A DNA stretch of 49,354 nt, from the NCBI GenBank assembly GCA_964431795.1, contig CAYSLD010000001.1:1-49354 (forward strand). The letters are read 5' to 3'. Shown here one piece after another: positions 23,501-31,602 of this stretch. The notes below the pieces were generated by a model. It searched no databases. It worked only from the letters and a program-made list of their open reading frames with translations, and was not told the DNA's origin. The stretch is from an uncultured Bacteroides sp. (GTDB lineage: Bacteria > Bacteroidota > Bacteroidia > Bacteroidales > Muribaculaceae). How positions within the stretch are numbered: the stretch's first letter is position 1; every line of letters starts with the position of its first letter. The translations under genes and the position numbers were made by a program.

Positions 23501-23923
23501 CATCTTTCATCTGACGGAGTATTTATTGAAAAGTCAGAATACAATAGACGCGGGCAACTTATCAAGCGAGAATTCCTAGGCTTGGACAGACAGCCGACAC
23601 GCAGTAAATCGGCAGAATGTGCAAAGCTGGAATATCAATACGATAAGCACGGCAACAATACCGAGATAAAGTATTACGACACAACAAAATGCATACGTAT
23701 AGAAAAGCTCTCATACAACGACCGAAATAGATTGACCGAATATCGTGTTTGCGATGGCTCGGGCAAGTTATCGGACAAGGAATATGGGATTTCACGTATG
23801 ACCATTGACTACGATGCCGGTGGAGTCACCCCTACAGTCAAGAAGTACTACACTCAAAACGGCACACTCTTAGGTAAACAAACATGGAACTCCAAAAACA
23901 AAGATTGGAACCCGATAAATTGA
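20582..23923 (+). CDS. membrane Ser/Thr kinase with large extracytoplasmic YD/RHS-like repeat domain
   Basis: LGQGASADV, ALK, HQDIKPDN, DFG, GTRAYMGPE, DMWSLG; TM near aa 277-295; about 800 aa of recurring Y.YD..GN....Y....G repeats. Confidence 0.9.
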   Translation: MSLQRGQLFHNRYLLVKALGQGASADVWMAQDTRANNLLVALKIFAQNSEFDSYGLQNFEREFTTVYNMKQSNLLPPTGYDICDGRPYLVMQYCENGSCHGLAGRMDEDDIIKFMHDVSAGLEYLHDHNIIHQDIKPDNILLDDNCNYMVTDFGISVSTDGSFGSSNGMSGGTRAYMGPERFEGVVSSASDMWSLGATAVELLIGEPPYGEHGGLLQAEGEPLPALPKLQPEVAAMILSCLERDPEKRIKANEIRQKIELYWETGKWTAPSSINLIAKVATIAAAIVMCLGIYAWDYTRTKVYYYKDYAEYWGVPKGIGRLSSNEMSHREMSYKFEYCKHKLRRLSLVNSAGKVISHKDTELANCRYSDVSYYYTDNGQLDYATISDCNGCVLYKMDYDENLKTVTFRQNDEYGTELNLEANTNVLYKNNQSVFEERSRISRYLLTYDDDGLVIERKYVGLQNVPACDKDKIYGSRYKYDDKGRKIEEDFIGSDGEIKGNGDGLAIRLYTYDDNNDWTSVTYLTAERKGSHDGNNCSVVKLEYDKYGNRIFERYYTADEEPSIRTDINVSGLKYEFDDKGNQIVRTCLGTDGSVSFSNAGFAIQRFKYDDNGFITEISCFDDNNKPTMCNFQGECYCTTKLKIDDKDLPLEISYYDENGRLFEQTNGASRVKNAFNEQGFIVRQQYFNSENKPVLIDGFYNIVKFEYDEFNRRTFEAYYDKDENAATIDGTISKYAYEYNRQGAITKVSFLDTKGNLVLTSDLTAGYTIAYDELGNEKYQEYFDISQNPTTSKYGFSKIEYFYDDKANNLIGVKKYTSNGNVVSDDHYKYDARGNMTEVYALTNGKLISGDYVTHCEYDVNNHITQKWFTDLSGNKVNVNDGTYSVMKCEFDNMGNCTERTFWKANGAPGTDEQKTHRRVQEFDAMNRTIGERNYGTDGKPVSGTGVNPEGKVKYDQWGNIIELSCYDGYGRPHLSSDGVFIEKSEYNRRGQLIKREFLGLDRQPTRSKSAECAKLEYQYDKHGNNTEIKYYDTTKCIRIEKLSYNDRNRLTEYRVCDGSGKLSDKEYGISRMTIDYDAGGVTPTVKKYYTQNGTLLGKQTWNSKNKDWNPIN

Positions 23924-23942
23924 ACAAATAAAACATACAATA

Positions 23943-25313
23943 ATGGAAGAAAATAAGTTATTTAACGACCGATATTTTCTGGAGAGGTTGCTTGGCAGAG
24001 GCAACTTTTCGGAGGTTTGGTTGGCAAAAGATACCAAAACCGACATCAAAGTAGCATTGAAAATCTATGCTCCGGCAACAGGATTGGACGATGCGGGGCT
24101 CAATGTGTTTGCTCGTGAGTTTTCGCTGGTAGTAAATGCCAATCATAAGAATTTGCTAAAGCCGCTGTATTACGACTCGTGCGACAGAAAGCCGTTTTTG
24201 GTGCTACCGTTCTGCGAACAAGGAAGCATCATGAAGTTAATCGGTAAATTCACCGAGGCCGATGCTTGGCGATTGCTGCGCGATGTGGCAAGCGGATTGG
24301 CATGGTTGCACGGCATGAAACCGCCGGTGATACACCAAGATATCAAGCCCGACAATGTGATGATTGGTGAGAACGGTGACTTTATGATTACCGACTTTGG
24401 TGTGAGCACCCACGTCAAGTCGACACTACGCAAAAGTCTGAGCGCTGCATTTAGTTCGGCCGGAACAATAGCGTATATGGCGCCCGAACGTTTCAGCAAA
24501 GACAACACGCCAATCATGGCAAACGACATATACTCACTCGGCGCAACCGTCTATGAAATGCTGAGCGGAGACACACCTTTTGGCGACGATGGCGGCTTGA
24601 TACAAATGAAAGGTGCCGAAGTGCCGGAGCTGAAAGGCGAGTATTCCGACCAACTAAAGGCTGTGATAAAAAAGTGTCTGAAAACAAACCCATGGGAAAG
24701 GCCCACAGCCGAGCAGCTTGAGAAGTATGCCGAAGATGGATTGCAAAACAAAAAGATTGCCTTTGTTGACGAAAAAACATTTTGGCAGAAATATAAATTA
24801 GCTATCATCGGTGCCGCTGTTGCGCTTGTAGTGATAGTTGGAGTAGCTATCAGTTTGATCAACAAGCACAACGAAGCCATTGAGCAAGAGCGCATTGCAG
24901 CAGCTATAGCCGCAGAAAACGACTCGATTAAACAAGTGGCGGCAAGGTGTGAATTGATTGGCGACAGTTTGAGCCGAGTTGGCGATGCTCACGATGAAGG
25001 TTTTGAGGCAGCATATATCGAGTCGCTGCAAACCTACAACGAAGCCGATGAAGCAGCCGGTAAGCTCACCAACGATGCTAAGTTTAAGGATGCAGCATTG
25101 GTAAAGAAAAAAATATCAGATGTTGAAACAAAACTATATAGTGCATACAAATCATTTAAAGAAAAAGCAGCACTATTTGCCGACGATGCCGAGATAGCAG
25201 CCGAGTTTAGCAACCGAGCCACAAAGATTGGCGAAGTGATAGACATCAAAAAATTTGAGAAGGACAAAGCTAAAGCCGACAAAGCTGCAGCAAAAACCGA
25301 CTCAATACAATAA
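23943..25313 (+). CDS. membrane Ser/Thr kinase with helical extracytoplasmic domain
   Basis: GRGNFSEV, ALK, HQDIKPDN, DFG, GTIAYMAPE, DIYSLG; TM (LAIIGAAVALVVIVGVAISLI); Ala/Lys/Glu-rich helical C terminus. Confidence 0.92.
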   Translation: MEENKLFNDRYFLERLLGRGNFSEVWLAKDTKTDIKVALKIYAPATGLDDAGLNVFAREFSLVVNANHKNLLKPLYYDSCDRKPFLVLPFCEQGSIMKLIGKFTEADAWRLLRDVASGLAWLHGMKPPVIHQDIKPDNVMIGENGDFMITDFGVSTHVKSTLRKSLSAAFSSAGTIAYMAPERFSKDNTPIMANDIYSLGATVYEMLSGDTPFGDDGGLIQMKGAEVPELKGEYSDQLKAVIKKCLKTNPWERPTAEQLEKYAEDGLQNKKIAFVDEKTFWQKYKLAIIGAAVALVVIVGVAISLINKHNEAIEQERIAAAIAAENDSIKQVAARCELIGDSLSRVGDAHDEGFEAAYIESLQTYNEADEAAGKLTNDAKFKDAALVKKKISDVETKLYSAYKSFKEKAALFADDAEIAAEFSNRATKIGEVIDIKKFEKDKAKADKAAAKTDSIQ

Positions 25314-25345
25314 CACGAAAAAGAACAAACAAAACATAATGTATT

Positions 25346-25969
25346 ATGAAAGTGTCTAGACTTATTTTAACTATGTTGTTTTGTGCAATTACGTTGACAA
25401 TAAGTGCACAAACATCATGTGACAAGCTATTTGCAAGCGGAGTGAAGCTGCAACAAACAATGACTGTGGCATCACAAAACAAAGCTATCACTTATTTTGA
25501 AAAGGCAAAGGTTTGTTATGATTCACAATCGAAAAAAGACTTATGTGACCAACAAATCAAAGCCTGTCGCAACATTATTGCGCAATTGTCAAAAAAGACA
25601 AAAACTGTGACAACAACAAGAAACACCGACGAAACATCGACCAATGAGCAAACCGTGCAAGAACCGGTAAGGACAAAGCAAGAAGTACGCAATGTTCAGC
25701 TGTCGATTGACTGCGCCTATTTGAAATTTAAAGGCAAAGGCGGTGAGTTTAAGAAAGCGAAAGTGACGTGCAACTACACTGATTGGGAAATTGTAGAAAA
25801 GCCTGATTGGGTGAACTGCACACGCAATGACAACGGTGAGATAGTTGTTGAGGCCGTAAAAAATCCGACAAAAGAAGAACGCTCAGGAGTGATAAAAATC
25901 ACTTGCGGAGATAAATCGGTCACACTGACCGTCATACAAGAAAAGTATAAGAAATTTGTTGTGGTATAA
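25346..25969 (+). CDS. secreted protein with TPR-like helical N terminus and C-terminal BACON domain
   Basis: Signal peptide; helical Cys-containing segment (KAITYFEKAK); DWEIVEKPDWV...VEAVKNPTKEERSGVIKITCGDKSVTLTVIQ fits the BACON W..W..N..R..Q pattern. Confidence 0.75.
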   Translation: MKVSRLILTMLFCAITLTISAQTSCDKLFASGVKLQQTMTVASQNKAITYFEKAKVCYDSQSKKDLCDQQIKACRNIIAQLSKKTKTVTTTRNTDETSTNEQTVQEPVRTKQEVRNVQLSIDCAYLKFKGKGGEFKKAKVTCNYTDWEIVEKPDWVNCTRNDNGEIVVEAVKNPTKEERSGVIKITCGDKSVTLTVIQEKYKKFVVV

Positions 25970-25995
25970 AAACAACTACTAGGTAAATTTGTGTG

Positions 25996-26026
25996 AGAGA
26001 GCCGCTCCGAGGTGGGGCGGCTCTCT
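25996..26026. terminator. hairpin terminator between the convergent kinase operon and rubrerythrin
   Basis: AGAGAGCCGCTCC-GAGGT-GGGGCGGCTCTCT stem (one G-U pair), T-rich sequence downstream. Confidence 0.8.
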
Positions 26027-26031
26027 TCTGT

Positions 26032-26628
26032 TTATTTTGTGAGGGGAGCAAAGTGTTCGCGGGGGTGGTTGCAGCCGGGGCATGTGGCCGGCGGCTCGGT
26101 GCCTTCGTGCACGTAACCACAAACCAGGCAAATCCATTTAATTGGGTTGTCGCGATGCCACAAAGAGCCTTCGCGCAAGTGATTGAGGGCACATTCAAAA
26201 CGGCGTTTGTGCATAGCCTCAACCTTAACGATAGCTTCAAGTTGTTTAGCTATAGCTTCAAATCCTTCCATGTGAGCGGTTTTAGCAAATTTAGTGTACA
26301 ATTCCACGCCTTCAAGATGTTCTTCGGCGATTGCGAGTTCGAGGTTTCGAGCGGTGTCGGCAATAACACCGGCATCAATAGAGATAGGCTGAGTAATTTT
26401 GCCACCCTCGAGGTATTTGAAGAAAGTTTTAGCGTGGTGCAACTCGTTGTTAGCGGTTTCGGTGAACAGATGTTCGATAGGGAATAATCGGTCTTTGTTA
26501 GCCTTTTGAGCATAAAAGACATAGCGAGCATAGGCAGTTGATTCGGCAATGAAAGCAGCGGCGAGATTGATTTCAGTTTGCGAGCCTTTGATGCTTCGCG
26601 GGGGAGTTGGTAAGTTTTCGGTGTTCAT
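26032..26628 (-). CDS. rbr: rubrerythrin
   Basis: IKGSQTEINLAAAFIAES, di-iron ExxH motifs (NELHH, VEAMH), C-terminal rubredoxin WICLVCGY...CPGC. Confidence 0.93.
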   Translation of the reverse strand: MNTENLPTPPRSIKGSQTEINLAAAFIAESTAYARYVFYAQKANKDRLFPIEHLFTETANNELHHAKTFFKYLEGGKITQPISIDAGVIADTARNLELAIAEEHLEGVELYTKFAKTAHMEGFEAIAKQLEAIVKVEAMHKRRFECALNHLREGSLWHRDNPIKWICLVCGYVHEGTEPPATCPGCNHPREHFAPLTK

Positions 26629-26787
26629 AATAAAAGACGATTAAAAAGATTGTGAGGCTATAACAAAAGTGGCAATAAAATGTTCAATTGGGCAATTTCA
26701 TGTGAAAAAAACGTAATAAAGCACTAAACATAACAGCTTGTAAAAATGTTTTAACTATAATTTCAACGAAATGAGTCAAGTTATTAG

Positions 26788-26795
26788 TAACTTTG
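26788..26795 (+). promoter_or_regulatory. -7 promoter element for pyk
   Basis: TAACTTTG about 90 nt upstream of the pyk ATG. Confidence 0.55.
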
Positions 26796-26886
26796 TAACC
26801 TCAAAAAATAGAGGAGGCAAAAAGTTGCCAAACCTATACTCTCCAAAAATTCTAGATTATTGACCGCATAGATTAAATAGACCCGA

Positions 26887-28305
26887 ATGAAAAAGTTTAC
26901 AAAGATTGTAGCCACAGTCAGCGACCGTCGCTGTTCGCGCGAGTTTATTGCTTCACTATACAATGAAGGTATGAATGTTGTGCGCATGAACTCAGCACAC
27001 CTTACGCCTGACGGACTAAAAGAAATTGTACGCAATGCGCGTTCAGTGTCGGAAACCATCGCGTTAATGCTCGACACTAAAGGCCCGGAAATTCGCACCA
27101 CAGTGAATGCTGACGACACATCGATAGTCTTCAAACCCGGACAAAAAGTAATATTCAGCGGCAACACAGCAGAGCCCACCACACCTCTATGCATCAATCT
27201 AAATTATGCCGATATAGCGAAAGATGTGAAAGCCGGATATCACTTGCTCATTGATGATGGAGCGCTCGACTTTTTGGTTGAGAGCGTAGAAGGCGAAACA
27301 ATCCACGCAGTAGCGCAAAATGAAGGAACACTCGGTTCGCGCAAAACCGTAAACATTCCCGGAGCAGACATATTGCTTCCGGCAGTGACCGAGCGCGACA
27401 AACAATATATCAAACTGGCAGTAGAACTTGGCATAGACTTTATTGCACACTCGTTTGTGCGCAATGCCGACGACATTCGCGCAGTGAAAAAAGAGATTGC
27501 CGAATGTGGTGGTCACATAGAAATCATTGCTAAGATTGAGAACCAACAAGGTATAGACAACTTCAACGAAATTCTCGATGAGGCATACGGCATCATGATT
27601 GCACGTGGCGACTTGGGTATTGAAGTTGCAGCAGAGCGCATCCCGTCGTTGCAAATGCAAATGATCAAAGGTTGCATCAACCGCCACAAACCGGTGATTG
27701 TAGCCACCCAAATGTTGCACTCAATGATTAACTCACCGCGCCCCACCCGTGCTGAGGTTACAGACGTGGCATCAGCTGTAGCAGAGCGTGCCGACGCAGT
27801 TATGCTTAGCGGTGAGACAGCGAACGGTAAGTATCCTGTTGAGGCAGTGCGCACCATGGCAGCTATTGCTCGCGAGGCAGAGCGCTGGATTGACGAAGAC
27901 CCCGTGCCCGTACCCGAGCTCACAGACGACGAAGTTCGTTCATTCCTTGCTCGTCAAGCCGTAGTGTCACGTCGTCGTTTGCACACCAAAGCAATTATCA
28001 CCGACACCTACACCGGCCGCACAGCGCGCTACATTGCATCGTTCCGCGGACGCATCCCCACCATCGCAATCTGCTATCGTCAAGAGGCCGTGCGCTTGTT
28101 GGCATTGAGCTATGGTGTTGAGGCCACAACCGTGACTTGCGACCTTTCAACCCGCGAGTGCTTGCGTTCAAGCCTAAAAAACATAGTCACCGAAGGTCAC
28201 CTCAACACCGGCGACCGCGTGGCATATTTGGGCGGACGTCCCGGTGAAGGCAACCCCACCACTTGCTTGCAAATTGACTCGCTCGAAAACATCACCCGCC
28301 TGTAA
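26887..28305 (+). CDS. pyk: pyruvate kinase
   Basis: TKIVAT, RMNSAH, DTKGPEIRT, IIAKIEN, GIMIARGDLGIE, ATQMLHSM, PTRAEVTDV, MLSGETANGKYP. Confidence 0.97.
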   Translation: MKKFTKIVATVSDRRCSREFIASLYNEGMNVVRMNSAHLTPDGLKEIVRNARSVSETIALMLDTKGPEIRTTVNADDTSIVFKPGQKVIFSGNTAEPTTPLCINLNYADIAKDVKAGYHLLIDDGALDFLVESVEGETIHAVAQNEGTLGSRKTVNIPGADILLPAVTERDKQYIKLAVELGIDFIAHSFVRNADDIRAVKKEIAECGGHIEIIAKIENQQGIDNFNEILDEAYGIMIARGDLGIEVAAERIPSLQMQMIKGCINRHKPVIVATQMLHSMINSPRPTRAEVTDVASAVAERADAVMLSGETANGKYPVEAVRTMAAIAREAERWIDEDPVPVPELTDDEVRSFLARQAVVSRRRLHTKAIITDTYTGRTARYIASFRGRIPTIAICYRQEAVRLLALSYGVEATTVTCDLSTRECLRSSLKNIVTEGHLNTGDRVAYLGGRPGEGNPTTCLQIDSLENITRL

Positions 28306-28320
28306 TTCACACAACATATA

Positions 28321-28366
28321 CACAAAAAAACGAGCCATGCGACATCCGCGTGGCTCGTTTTTTGTG
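28321..28366. terminator. bidirectional rho-independent terminator
   Basis: CACAAAAAAACGAGCCATGCG-ACATC-CGCGTGGCTCGTTTTTTGTG between convergent genes; A tract before and T tract after the stem. Confidence 0.9.
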
Positions 28367-28383
28367 TCTAAACCAACACCCGA

Positions 28384-31300
28384 CTATTTAATTATAACCT
28401 TTTTGGCATTGATGATGTAAATGCCGGGAGCGAGGGTTTTGATATCATCGGCAGTTGCATTAGCTTTAATGCGGATGCCTTGCAGATTGTAAACATCTGT
28501 AGGCAAGCTCTTATCATAAGAAATGTTGCTAACGTCAGTGTACTTCTGACTGACCTCAACAGTTGTAGAGGCTGTAGCTGCGCCAAGATCTAAAGCCGTA
28601 GCCGTAATAGTAACGGTGCCTTCAGCTAATCCGGTGACAACGCCATTCGAGTCAACAGTAGCTACACTTTCGTCGGAAGAAGTCCATTTATATTTGAGCA
28701 CATTTGCATTTTCGGGCTCATATTTCGGTGTAAGCTTAATAGTTTCGTAACCGAGCTGGTATTTACTTTTTTCGAAAGACAACGCACTTATGCGCACAAC
28801 ATCTTTTACCGGGCGCACGCTGTATCCGGTAGAAGTACTTAAGGTATGAGCTTTTATTGCAAACGAAGAAGAAGTTATAACAAATAGTCTGGCATTATGG
28901 TATTGTGCTAAACTATAATTATAATATCTGGTAGTAGACAACCAAGTTGTGGCAGCAGGGCCATACGTTGATGTTGCAATTCCTGGCAAGAAGGCAACAT
29001 CGTCAGTTTTGCCTGACGATAGCAAAGCTCCGCAAGTGTTGTAGTAGCAAACGTAATCGCTGCCAAGATTATTTAATAAGTCGTCAACTAAGTCATTATA
29101 CGACCACATGCGGCATCCGCTGCCCATTGCGGCAGTGACAGCATCGTATTCGGTTCCGGCAATATCGACACTTGCAGTGGCAGTAGGAACATACGGAGAA
29201 ACATCTTCACCCGGAGTAGTTGCGCCCCAACAATAAATATCGCCGGCCACATTGTCGGCACTAGCGCCAAGGTTGCGTGAATATATCAAGATATCACCGC
29301 CAAGGTAAGCCCACGAGCCTTCTTCGCTATCAATAGCGTTTTCATCCACAATAACCTTCAGCTCGGCATACACCTTAGAAGCATCATTAGCCATAGCTTT
29401 AACAATCGTCGTACCGGGAGCTACGCCTACAATATTTCCATTGTCATTGACCGTAGCCACAGCATCGTCATCGCTCACCCAAGAGTAAGTGTTATCATCA
29501 GCATCTTTCGACTCAACAGTGACTGAGAGAGATGTTATTTCTTGGTCGGGATGGAGGTAAGCAGTTTGAATTTCATTTTTCGCTGTAGCGTCTTTGATTG
29601 TAATAGAGCTTACGAGTAGCGGAGCGACAATCACGTCAAACGACTCGCTGATATTAGAGCCGTCAATTGTTTTTACCGTGATTGTAGCAAAGCCATAACT
29701 TTTTGCAGTGAGCGAGCCACGATGAGTTGAGACGCCATTACTAGTCTGTGTTATACCTTGCACCTCAACCACATCTTCATTGTCGGAACTCCAAGCGAAT
29801 TCGTGGATAGTAGCCTCAGCCGGAGTGATGGTCGGAGTGACAGACTTTGTGGTTGTTGATTTTAAGTTGAGTGTGAGGTTATCGTAGTCAGACACATCAA
29901 TTCCGGTTGCCGGGATAAGTTGCACCGGGCGTATTGCGGCATAGTCATTCCAGTCAATATTTGCGATAGCTGCGTCTTTGGCAGTATCGAAAGTTACACC
30001 GCCATTGGCACGAAGGCTACCTCCATTATTGTAATACATTGCCACATTTGATGTGCAATATCTGCCGCCGTCAAAGGTATCGCCTTCGACCAGCGGAGCT
30101 TGGCCGGGCAAGAAGATAGAGTTGCCGTTAGGGCCTGTTACTTTATAGCCGCTGATGCCTTCAACCTCACTGCGCTCCCAAGTGCATTTTGTGTAAAGTT
30201 CATACATTAAGTTTGTTGTGGGCGTGCACCAATAGTCAGAGTCGAACGATTTTGACACAACATCTTCGTCGGTCATCATTATATTTTTAGTCTCGCGCAC
30301 CACATTTGCTTGATATGTGCTACCGCAATATTGCCACTCGTGAGCTGCGCCATAGTTTGCTGTAGCCCATTTTGCAGAGAGGCCTAGGTCAACAGCTTCG
30401 GGTTGGGGCAAACCAGCCTCCTTGTCTTTGACTGCACGCAAAGCATAAACCTTTTGATCTAAAGTGTTCTTACCGATTTTGAATGACACGGAGCCATCGG
30501 CATTTATTGTTGGGTGGAATGCCTGGTTGGTGCTCTTTGCCAAATTAAATGAGCTGAGTTTATACAAGAAGAAGTCAGAAGAAGCATAATATTGGTCAAA
30601 ACCGCCATCATCATTTGCTTTTGTGGCAAATTGTATTGATGCCCCATCAACGAGTTTGCTGGTGGCTGTGATAATGCCGGTTGTTGCATCGTATGTGAAT
30701 GTGCAATTGCTAATCAGTTCCTTATATTGGTCAACTGTCGGCAAGTGCCAGCCTTCGCCGTATTTGCTTGAAATCAAATCGCCTTTGGCCCCTGTGATAT
30801 TGTAATTGCCTTCAGCACTATAACCGCTTACATCCATAGTGGCATCGGTTGCTGAGCCATAGTAATATAGCTCCGGCTCATCGGTTGGCAGCTCTGCAAG
30901 ATAGTTTGTTGCTGCCCAATCAACCGACAGACCAAGGTCAACGGTTTCGGGAATAGGAATTACTTCGGGTTCCGGTTCTAAGGCTACATCGCGTGCATAT
31001 TTCACCGGACGCATTAAATACATCTTAATTTTGTAGCTTGCGGCAAAGGTTGTATAAATCTTTATTGCATTATTGACGTAAGCGAAACTTACATACCTTA
31101 TTGTCATAGTTGAGTCACCCGTCTTGTTAACGATTGACGTTGCATACGAATTACTTTTAGCAAATAGCACTTCATTTCCGTTAATCTTACTTTTGGCAAC
31201 AATTAAGTCTAACGTTGCATCGTACGATAAATCGCAATTGTCAATTAACTCTTGAAATTGAGCCAACGTTGGCAAGTGCCAACCGTCAACGCAATTTTGT

Positions 31301-31554
31301 GCAACCATATCGTATTGCGTTCCGGTAATGTCAATATCGTTAGCGATTTCAAAGTTTGAAAGGTCAGTCTGTAAGGTTCCATCAGCCGAGAGAGGATAAT
31401 ATTTCGTCGGCGTTGTTGTCGGGTCGGTGTCCGGGTAGTTGCATTTAGCCCAATACACAGTCAGACCGAGGTCAACGTACTCCGGATCAACAAGATCGGC
31501 CTTTGCCCATGCGCAACACATGAGCAAAACAAAGCAAATTAAAAATTTTTTCAT
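28384..31554 (-). CDS. large T9SS-secreted surface protein with four VDLGL...W..PT...RPV modules and three Ig-like (Big_2) domains
   Basis: Signal peptide; VDLGL-x-x-x-WA-x-x-N three times plus a degenerate fourth; WSS-D-x-x-V(A/V)-x-V Ig repeats; C-terminal VYNLQGIRI...LAPGIYIINAKKVIIK typical of a T9SS CTD. Confidence 0.8.
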   Translation of the reverse strand: MKKFLICFVLLMCCAWAKADLVDPEYVDLGLTVYWAKCNYPDTDPTTTPTKYYPLSADGTLQTDLSNFEIANDIDITGTQYDMVAQNCVDGWHLPTLAQFQELIDNCDLSYDATLDLIVAKSKINGNEVLFAKSNSYATSIVNKTGDSTMTIRYVSFAYVNNAIKIYTTFAASYKIKMYLMRPVKYARDVALEPEPEVIPIPETVDLGLSVDWAATNYLAELPTDEPELYYYGSATDATMDVSGYSAEGNYNITGAKGDLISSKYGEGWHLPTVDQYKELISNCTFTYDATTGIITATSKLVDGASIQFATKANDDGGFDQYYASSDFFLYKLSSFNLAKSTNQAFHPTINADGSVSFKIGKNTLDQKVYALRAVKDKEAGLPQPEAVDLGLSAKWATANYGAAHEWQYCGSTYQANVVRETKNIMMTDEDVVSKSFDSDYWCTPTTNLMYELYTKCTWERSEVEGISGYKVTGPNGNSIFLPGQAPLVEGDTFDGGRYCTSNVAMYYNNGGSLRANGGVTFDTAKDAAIANIDWNDYAAIRPVQLIPATGIDVSDYDNLTLNLKSTTTKSVTPTITPAEATIHEFAWSSDNEDVVEVQGITQTSNGVSTHRGSLTAKSYGFATITVKTIDGSNISESFDVIVAPLLVSSITIKDATAKNEIQTAYLHPDQEITSLSVTVESKDADDNTYSWVSDDDAVATVNDNGNIVGVAPGTTIVKAMANDASKVYAELKVIVDENAIDSEEGSWAYLGGDILIYSRNLGASADNVAGDIYCWGATTPGEDVSPYVPTATASVDIAGTEYDAVTAAMGSGCRMWSYNDLVDDLLNNLGSDYVCYYNTCGALLSSGKTDDVAFLPGIATSTYGPAATTWLSTTRYYNYSLAQYHNARLFVITSSSFAIKAHTLSTSTGYSVRPVKDVVRISALSFEKSKYQLGYETIKLTPKYEPENANVLKYKWTSSDESVATVDSNGVVTGLAEGTVTITATALDLGAATASTTVEVSQKYTDVSNISYDKSLPTDVYNLQGIRIKANATADDIKTLAPGIYIINAKKVIIK

Positions 31555-31602
31555 GTTTTGATTGGTTTTAAGTGATATATAATGGTTTATTACTTTTAAT
31601 TA

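Noticed and set aside
21467-23923. Rhs polymorphic toxin
   Set aside because: No RHS core DPxG cleavage motif, no toxin tip and no immunity gene; the repeats are fused behind a kinase and TM helix.
13617-25969. Type VI secretion locus
   Set aside because: Kinase/PP2C/FHA genes are present, but no Hcp, VgrG, sheath or baseplate genes; the Clp ATPase in the window looks like ordinary ClpB.
13373-26031. Mobile element or genomic island boundaries around the kinase operon
   Set aside because: No integrase, transposase, tRNA target or flanking direct repeats visible; horizontal origin cannot be judged without comparison.
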